DNA of 64,000 nt. Origin: an uncultured Deferribacteres bacterium (GTDB taxonomy: Bacteria; Zhuqueibacterota; Zhuqueibacteria; Zhuqueibacterales; Geothermadaptataceae). Where the stretch lies: assembly GCA_964014485.1 (NCBI GenBank), contig CAXHAT010000001.1, positions 1-64,000 on the forward strand, written 5' to 3'. The notes below the pieces were generated by a model, which ran no database searches, was not told where the DNA came from, and saw nothing but the letters and a program-made list of their open reading frames with translations. Shown here one piece after another: positions 58,195 to 64,000 of the stretch. The position numbers and the translations under genes are program-made. Positions within the stretch are counted from its first letter, which is position 1; each line of letters opens with the position of its first letter.

Positions 58195-58425
58195 TCATAC
58201 AAAAATATTCCAGAATGTCGTTCCGGCAAGTCCGAGCCAGAGCACGATTATAGCAATCCAACGAGAAAGATTATTTGGGGTTCGCAGCCAAAGCAGGACA
58301 GTAAAAAGGCCGCCGAGTACTAATTTATGCGTCATAGACAAAGCAGCGCCCGAGGAGAGCAAAACGCCAATGACGAGGATGCAGAGCCCTAAAAATACAA
58401 ATTTTTCTTTTTTAGCTTCGTTCAA
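58195..58425 (-). CDS. Small membrane protein
   Basis: 76-aa ORF with three hydrophobic segments. Confidence 0.55.
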   Translation of the reverse strand: MNEAKKEKFVFLGLCILVIGVLLSSGAALSMTHKLVLGGLFTVLLWLRTPNNLSRWIAIIVLWLGLAGTTFWNIFV

Positions 58426-58445
58426 TCAAGAGTCCGTTTATTTCA

Positions 58446-58650
58446 TTCGCTACCTGACACTTTTTGTATAGCCTTCTAAGACTGGCGAAAGAGGCCTGAA
58501 TTGTCATGCTGAAAGCATCTTTATTGATCCGACCCTTGAACTTTTGAGCATGATCTGTACTGGGCGATAACAAAGATTCCTTCAGAATGACAAAATGAAG
58601 CCCTTCGACGGTTCGAAAATGCAGTTTACAAAAAAGTGTCAGGTAGTGAA
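58446..58650. mobile_element. 205-bp MITE with 20-bp TIRs and an 8-bp TSD, containing a REP-like hairpin (58502-58592)
   Basis: TIRs ttcgctacctgacacttttt / aaaaagtgtcaggtagtgaa (19/20); flanking direct repeat TTATTTCA at 58438-45 and 58651-58. Confidence 0.75.
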
Positions 58651-58672
58651 TTATTTCAATCACAAAATTCAA

Positions 58673-59581
58673 CTACGCGGGTCGATAGCCCAACTGATCC
58701 AGCATGCTTTCTTTCTCGCGCCATTTCGGGCGCACGAGAACAACCAACTCGAGATAAACGGGCTTTTGCAAAAATTTTTCAATATCCGCCCGCGAGGTCG
58801 CGCCTGCTCTTTTTAAAGCGCTCCCGCCCTTGCCAATCAAAATGCCTTTTTGCGAATCACGCTCGACAAAAATGGCCGCTCGAATGTAGGTTTTGCCCTT
58901 TTTCCGCTCCTTGAATTCCTCAATTTCCACCGTCGTTGAGTAAGGAATTTCCTCGCCGTAAGACATGAATATTTTTTCTCGAACAATTTCAGAAACGAAA
59001 AAACGCTCAGGCGCGGTGGTAAGTTGATCAGGCGGATAGAGCGGCGGAGACTTGGGCAAGTTCTTTTTGATGGTTTGCAAAAGCGAATCGACGCCGTCAC
59101 TTTTGATGGCGGAAACGGGAATGATCTCAGCGCCGCTCTTTATTTTCGCGAAACGCTCGATCATCGGCAGCAATTTTTCTTTGGCAACGAGATCGATCTT
59201 GTTCAGGCAAATGATCGTCGGCTTATCGTATTTCGAAAATTTTTCAAGTATTTGTTCGTTAGCCAAACCGTCGGCGTCTTTTACATCGATCATGAAGACC
59301 AGAAGATCGGCGCCCGCGGCTGCATTTTCAGCGGCGCGAACGAGGAACTCATGTAATTTATATCTTGGCGAGATCACGCCCGGCGTATCGAAAAAAATCA
59401 TTTGCGAATCATCATCGCTGTGAATGCCAAGAATCTTGTGTCGGGTCGTTTGCGGCTTCGGCGTGACGATGGAAAGCTTGAATTTGAGAATATTATTCAA
59501 CAGGGTCGACTTTCCGACGTTCGGCCTGCCCAAAAGAGCGACATAGCCGCAGCGAAATTCTGGGTTCTGTTTCTCGTTCAT
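58673..59581 (-). CDS. era: GTPase Era
   Basis: GRPNVGKS, PQTTR, DTPG, NKID and KH-domain GILIGKGG motifs. Confidence 0.97.
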   Translation of the reverse strand: MNEKQNPEFRCGYVALLGRPNVGKSTLLNNILKFKLSIVTPKPQTTRHKILGIHSDDDSQMIFFDTPGVISPRYKLHEFLVRAAENAAAGADLLVFMIDVKDADGLANEQILEKFSKYDKPTIICLNKIDLVAKEKLLPMIERFAKIKSGAEIIPVSAIKSDGVDSLLQTIKKNLPKSPPLYPPDQLTTAPERFFVSEIVREKIFMSYGEEIPYSTTVEIEEFKERKKGKTYIRAAIFVERDSQKGILIGKGGSALKRAGATSRADIEKFLQKPVYLELVVLVRPKWREKESMLDQLGYRPA

Positions 59582-60228
59582 CGATCCCTCACGCAACGAA
59601 ATCCAACCATCGGCGAGCGCGCTTCCACAAGAACTGTGTCGGCGTCTTCCGGGCGCGCAAAAACCAGTTCGCCGTTTTTAAGCGTAAACCCGCCCTTGAC
59701 GATAGCAGCCAATGCGCCGTTTTCCAAACGCAGCGTATCCGCCGTCCATTCCCAGGCGTTGCTCGCCATGTTGACCATTCCCAACGGCGTACGATCACGC
59801 CAAAATTTCCCGACGCGAAAAAGCATCGTCGTATCTTCATCGATAAACTCAGAAGTCTGCTCGATGGCGTCCCAGGCAGTGAATTCGTTTTTGCGCGCTT
59901 TGCGAGCGAACTCCCATTCCGCAGCGGTCGGCAGGCGTTTGCCCGCCCATTTTGCGTAGGCGGCGGCTTCGCCCCAGGTTACGCCAACCACTGGAAAATC
60001 CTCTTTGCCTTTGTCATACTCATGTTTCTCATTGAAGCGCCAGAACCGGCCGTTCGTCACCTCGTATTTATCCATCGAAAACGATCTTTTGGATTTGTCG
60101 GGATAATTTACACGACGCATGGCCTCAAGATCCGGGACGGGCGCTGACGTCTTCGTATACTTCCAGATGTTCAAACCAAACCCTGCGAGAATGAAGGCCA
60201 TGACGGCGTAGAAAAGAGATGCTTTCAT
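59578..60228 (-). CDS. FGE-sulfatase (SUMF1/EgtB-like) domain protein
   Basis: MDKYEVTN, PV..VTW..A.AY..WAGKRLPT..EWE, NAWEW and GFRC motifs. Confidence 0.9.
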   Translation of the reverse strand: MKASLFYAVMAFILAGFGLNIWKYTKTSAPVPDLEAMRRVNYPDKSKRSFSMDKYEVTNGRFWRFNEKHEYDKGKEDFPVVGVTWGEAAAYAKWAGKRLPTAAEWEFARKARKNEFTAWDAIEQTSEFIDEDTTMLFRVGKFWRDRTPLGMVNMASNAWEWTADTLRLENGALAAIVKGGFTLKNGELVFARPEDADTVLVEARSPMVGFRCVRDR

Positions 60229-60347
60229 GAAAGACTTCGGTCTTGGAATGATAGAATTTCGGACTTTCGAAGCATTGGTGATTTAAATAAAAATCCAGCC
60301 TTCCGCTACGCCAAGCGTCGCAAAAGTTTTCGAGAACCGCTGCGTGG

Positions 60348-61778
60348 TTAATACGCCTTCGCTACGAGTACTCGATATTTTGACGGTTTGCCCGAAATCA
60401 TGCACTTCCCGTCTTCAAGCTTGGGATCGGTCGGCACAACGCGGACGGTGGCTTTGGTCTCTTCTTGCAATCGATCTTCTTCAGTGCGATCGCCGGAGAG
60501 GTGCACCCAGAAGAAGCCGCCTGGATCATCGATTTTTTCCTTGAATTCGTCGTAAAAATCGCAAAAATACGTCGCTTCTTCGCGCCGTTTGAGCGCGCGG
60601 TTAAACAAATCTTGTTGAATAATCGGCAACGTATTCGCGATTTCGTCGCCGAGGTTTTCCTGCGGAACTTGACGCTTCTCGCCAGTGTCGCGGCGGACAA
60701 GCATGGCGACGTTATTTTCCAAATCTCTTGGCCCGATTTCTACGCGCAGGGGCACGCCGCGCTTTTCCCATTCGTTGAATTTCCACCCCGGACGATAGTT
60801 GTCGCGATCATCGATTTTAAACGTAAAACGGCCTTTCCAATCACGCGTAATTTCGTCCAGTCGGTTGAGAACTTTTGCTTTGTCGTCTTCGCCGCGCCAA
60901 ATAGGAATAACCACGGCTTGCTGCGGCGCCAGCTTTGGCGGAACAACCAATCCATTATCGTCGCTATGCGTCATAATCAGCGCACCAACGAGCCGCGTCG
61001 AAACGCCCCAACTTGTCGCCCAAACATGCTCTTCCTTGCCTTCCGGCGATTGATATTTTACATCGAAGGCTTTGGCGAAATTCTGGCCGAGAAAATGCGA
61101 GGTGCCCGCTTGCAACGCCTTGCGATCCTGCATCATTGCTTCGATGCAGTAAGTGTCAACTGCGCCCGCGAAGCGTTCTTTTTCGGTTTTTAGGCCAGTA
61201 ACCACCGGCATGGCCATGAAATCTTCGGCGAATGACCGGTAGACTTCGAGAATTTTCTTGGTCTCTTCCACAGCTTCAGCCTCGTTGGAGTGGGCGGTGT
61301 GCCCTTCCTGCCAGAGAAATTCCGACGTTCGCAGGAACAGACGCGTGCGCATTTCCCAACGTACAACATTCGCCCATTGGTTGACCAAAATCGGCAAATC
61401 GCGGTAGGATTGAATCCAATTTTTGTACATCGACCAGATGATTGTTTCCGAGGTCGGACGAACAAACAACGGCTCTTCCAGTTTTTTGCCGCCGCCGTGC
61501 GTCACAACCGCGCATTCCGGCGAGAACCCTTCGACATGCTGCGCTTCCTTGTGCATGAAATGTTCCGGGATAAAGAGCGGGAAGTATGCGTTGACATGGC
61601 CTGTTTCTTTAAACATATTGTCAAGCGCGCTCTGCATGTTTTCCCAAATTGCATAGCCGTTGGGCATGATGACCATGCATCCTTTCACAGGCGCATGATC
61701 AGCCAGCTTTGCCGTGGAAATAACATCTTGATACCAGCGAGAATAATCTTGTTCGCGAGGAGTAATGCCTTTTGCCAT
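60348..61778 (-). CDS. proS: Proline--tRNA ligase (eukaryote/archaeal type)
   Basis: [28 protein letters not shown] and C-terminal AKAY. Confidence 0.98.
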   Translation of the reverse strand: MAKGITPREQDYSRWYQDVISTAKLADHAPVKGCMVIMPNGYAIWENMQSALDNMFKETGHVNAYFPLFIPEHFMHKEAQHVEGFSPECAVVTHGGGKKLEEPLFVRPTSETIIWSMYKNWIQSYRDLPILVNQWANVVRWEMRTRLFLRTSEFLWQEGHTAHSNEAEAVEETKKILEVYRSFAEDFMAMPVVTGLKTEKERFAGAVDTYCIEAMMQDRKALQAGTSHFLGQNFAKAFDVKYQSPEGKEEHVWATSWGVSTRLVGALIMTHSDDNGLVVPPKLAPQQAVVIPIWRGEDDKAKVLNRLDEITRDWKGRFTFKIDDRDNYRPGWKFNEWEKRGVPLRVEIGPRDLENNVAMLVRRDTGEKRQVPQENLGDEIANTLPIIQQDLFNRALKRREEATYFCDFYDEFKEKIDDPGGFFWVHLSGDRTEEDRLQEETKATVRVVPTDPKLEDGKCMISGKPSKYRVLVAKAY

Positions 61779-62057
61779 GATAGTCCTGAATATCTTTGGA
61801 AGTGGTTAAATCTTAAGTTTTGAGGCTGTGCTTAGCGGCTTTTGGAACGCCAGTCAGTTAGAAAAGCGCACAGAATACGGCGGGAATGGGATTGAGTGCA
61901 GAGCATTGCAAAACCAGGCCAGAAACGTACCGAGTGTTTTTTTGTGAAGATGCTCCATTTGGCCCGAATATTTTAAAAATGAATTGATCTGTTTAAGGTG
62001 CGGCGAATATAGCCATATTGCCAGCGTTTGTCAAGCAGATTGGATGACGGAGGAAGT

Positions 62058-62960
62058 GTGGAAAAAACCGGGAACGAATATAAAGCGTGCTCGCGCGACG
62101 AGGTCAATTTTCACCTAACGCTGAGGCGATTTTCGATTTTCGGCGATGACGCCGCCAACGCGTTTGACGGGCGCGTTTTTCGCAAAATTTTTGAGTACGC
62201 CGGCGCGCTGTTCTTATTGTCAATCTACGAAAAAGACGCCGGTGTTTACTATTCTATTGGCCCTGATCCGGCGGGTGATGAAGACGTTTTACAAGAAGCC
62301 AAAAGGCTCGTCGGACAAATTCTTGGGCTGCAATTTTCACTACCGGAATTCTACGCCTTCGCCAAGTCTGACCCGATCATTCACGAGCATGTGCGACAAT
62401 TTCAAGGGCTCCGCCCCACCCTTTCCGCCACTGGCTTTGAAATGTTGGTCACTTCGATTACGGCGCAGCAGATTAACCTCAAATTCGCCTTTACGACTCG
62501 CAGCCGAATGATTCGCAAATTTGGTAAAACATTTGAAAAGAACGGCGCGATCTACTACGTTTTTCCAACGCCCGAAAGGCTCGCGGATGCAAAGATTGAA
62601 CAGCTTCGTGAAATGCAATTCTCAAATCGCAAAGCGGAATACGTGATTGGATTGGCGCGTTCCATTGTGCATGACGGATTGAATCTCGAAGGATTCACCG
62701 AGAAACAAAATGACGAAGTTTTTGAAACGCTCATGCCTTTGCGCGGCATAGGCAGATGGAGCGTTGATTGGTTTCTTGCACGCTATCTGGGAAGGGGAGA
62801 AGCCTTTCCGTCTGGAGACCTTGCGGTGCGAAAATTGGTCGAGAAACATTTTTTTGACAGCGAAAAACGCCCCGAGGATGAGTTGCGCCGGTTTGCACAG
62901 CAGCGCTGGGGTAAATTTACAAATTTGGTTGTCCATTATTTATTAGCGGGTCTTTCTTGA
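62058..62960 (+). CDS. alkA: DNA-3-methyladenine glycosylase II
   Basis: GGAGG SD before a GTG; SITAQQIN, FPTPE and HhH LRGIGRWS..FP.GDL motifs. Confidence 0.9.
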   Translation: MEKTGNEYKACSRDEVNFHLTLRRFSIFGDDAANAFDGRVFRKIFEYAGALFLLSIYEKDAGVYYSIGPDPAGDEDVLQEAKRLVGQILGLQFSLPEFYAFAKSDPIIHEHVRQFQGLRPTLSATGFEMLVTSITAQQINLKFAFTTRSRMIRKFGKTFEKNGAIYYVFPTPERLADAKIEQLREMQFSNRKAEYVIGLARSIVHDGLNLEGFTEKQNDEVFETLMPLRGIGRWSVDWFLARYLGRGEAFPSGDLAVRKLVEKHFFDSEKRPEDELRRFAQQRWGKFTNLVVHYLLAGLS

Positions 62961-63069
62961 AAACTTTTCATTTTTAATTCTTGGATACAACGTAAATTCG
63001 CGTAACTTTTGTTAACGACAGGATTGTACAACGTCGATCGCCCAACAGCCAGCAGAGATAGGACGCAAC

Positions 63070-64000
63070 ATGTTCGACCAGAATCAATTTTTCGCGCCGC
63101 ACATTGACAACGCCCTAAAGCGGGAATTTACCGATAAGATTCAATGCCCGTTTTGCCTGCCGCAATTGCCGTCCATGAGGCTTTATTGGGGAACCTTGCA
63201 CTGCACCAAGTGCGGAACCGAATTCCCATCTTCCAACGATTGTCCATCCATTCTTTTTGAAAAAGCAAAAACTGAAGCGGCGACTTTCGCGGAATATTAC
63301 GACGCCCTTAGATTAGAAGAAGGCTGGGCGAGCGAAGACCCAGAGTATTACAAATCTTTACCCTACAAAGACTTGACGGGCAAACACGCCTACGAATGGA
63401 AACTGCGCACTCGGCACGTTAGAAAATTGTTGCGTTGGCTGGGCAAAATCGCACCGTCGCGCAAGCTTGAAATCCTGGAGGTAGGCGGCGGCTCCGGGTG
63501 GCTCTCGCGCATTCTTGCCAAACAAGGCCATTCCGTGATCTTGCTTGATCTCAACTCCGGACGCCATGCGCTTGGAGCAATCGGCTGGTCGGTCAAAGGC
63601 GTGCGGACATTGCAGGGCGACATGGAACGCTTGCCTTTTCTCAATCAACAGTTCGACATCGTTCTCTTCAATGCTTCGTTGCATTACGGCAAAGACGCGA
63701 CCGCGACGCTTTGGGACGCCTGGCGGCTTCTTCGCCCAAACGGTCACTGCGTTGTCATGGACAGCCCGGTATATCGATACATTGCGTTGATGGAAGACGC
63801 TCGACTGCGCACGAAAGACTATTTTGACAAAAAGAACAAGCCGCTGCTGTCAGGATATTACAATCCATTGCTTGGGAAGCAAGTGCGCGCGCATCCGTAT
63901 TTCTCGTTCAAAACCATAAGCAAGGATTTTCGATGGCGCGACTGGGTGAAAAAACGAATTAAGGAAAAACTGCCTAAAAAAACAGGAGCCTATTTTCCGC
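63070..64000 (+). CDS. Class I SAM methyltransferase with an N-terminal zinc ribbon (runs off the window; absent from the ORF track)
   Basis: Hand translation: CPFC..CTKC, ILEVGGGSGWL, GDMERLPF, FDIV.FNASLHY and LRPNG motifs. Confidence 0.88.
   Translation, partial: MFDQNQFFAPHIDNALKREFTDKIQCPFCLPQLPSMRLYWGTLHCTKCGTEFPSSNDCPSILFEKAKTEAATFAEYYDALRLEEGWASEDPEYYKSLPYKDLTGKHAYEWKLRTRHVRKLLRWLGKIAPSRKLEILEVGGGSGWLSRILAKQGHSVILLDLNSGRHALGAIGWSVKGVRTLQGDMERLPFLNQQFDIVLFNASLHYGKDATATLWDAWRLLRPNGHCVVMDSPVYRYIALMEDARLRTKDYFDKKNKPLLSGYYNPLLGKQVRAHPYFSFKTISKDFRWRDWVKKRIKEKLPKKTGAYFP

Noticed and set aside
58412..58672. 86-aa ORF
   Set aside because: It spans the MITE and has no SD or domain signal
61780..62020. 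T-box or ZMP riboswitch upstream of proS
   Set aside because: No T-box consensus; only an isolated gactggcg
1..64000. CRISPR array, integrase, transposase, rRNA or prophage
   Set aside because: No regularly spaced repeats and no such protein motifs were seen

Overview
Bacterial chromosomal window of about 50% GC, probably from an FCB-group organism such as KSB1 or Calditrichota. That lineage is inferred from an FlgD/'NPFNPST' secretion tail, a eukaryote/archaeal-type ProRS and PadR-orphan-permease arrays. The first 39 nt are a Nextera adapter remnant. Housekeeping genes are aroE, recQ, trxB, a leucine dehydrogenase, cyoE, pheA, purL, radC, glgP, era, proS and alkA, plus four tRNAs (Ala-GGC and a Gly-Cys-Leu operon). 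Accessory content: (i) a surface island at 18.7-22.9 kb with three beta-barrel genes and an FN3 lipoprotein whose signal peptide carries a C12 tract that is out of frame from the SD-linked ATG (candidate phase-variable OFF state); (ii) a divergent locus at 33.6-42.6 kb with an exported caspase-like protease, a 1223-aa Ig-repeat secreted protein, a DUF4384-like protein and a CHASE2 adenylate cyclase (candidate proteolysis-to-cAMP system); (iii) a PadR gene with three ATPase-less FtsX/MacB permeases, interrupted by a DUF3179 lipoprotein whose conserved internal block appears relocated to the N-terminus; (iv) two intact TA pairs (DUF433/DUF5615 and YefM/YoeB) and one damaged pair (DUF4258/YgiT); (v) a dispersed TGTCAT...ATGACA palindrome family with covarying stems, one copy nested in a 205-bp MITE with 20-bp TIRs and an 8-bp TSD; (vi) a decayed duplicate of a gene 3' end and two unexplained structured-RNA candidates. 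All family assignments were made by eye from motifs; no database search was run.
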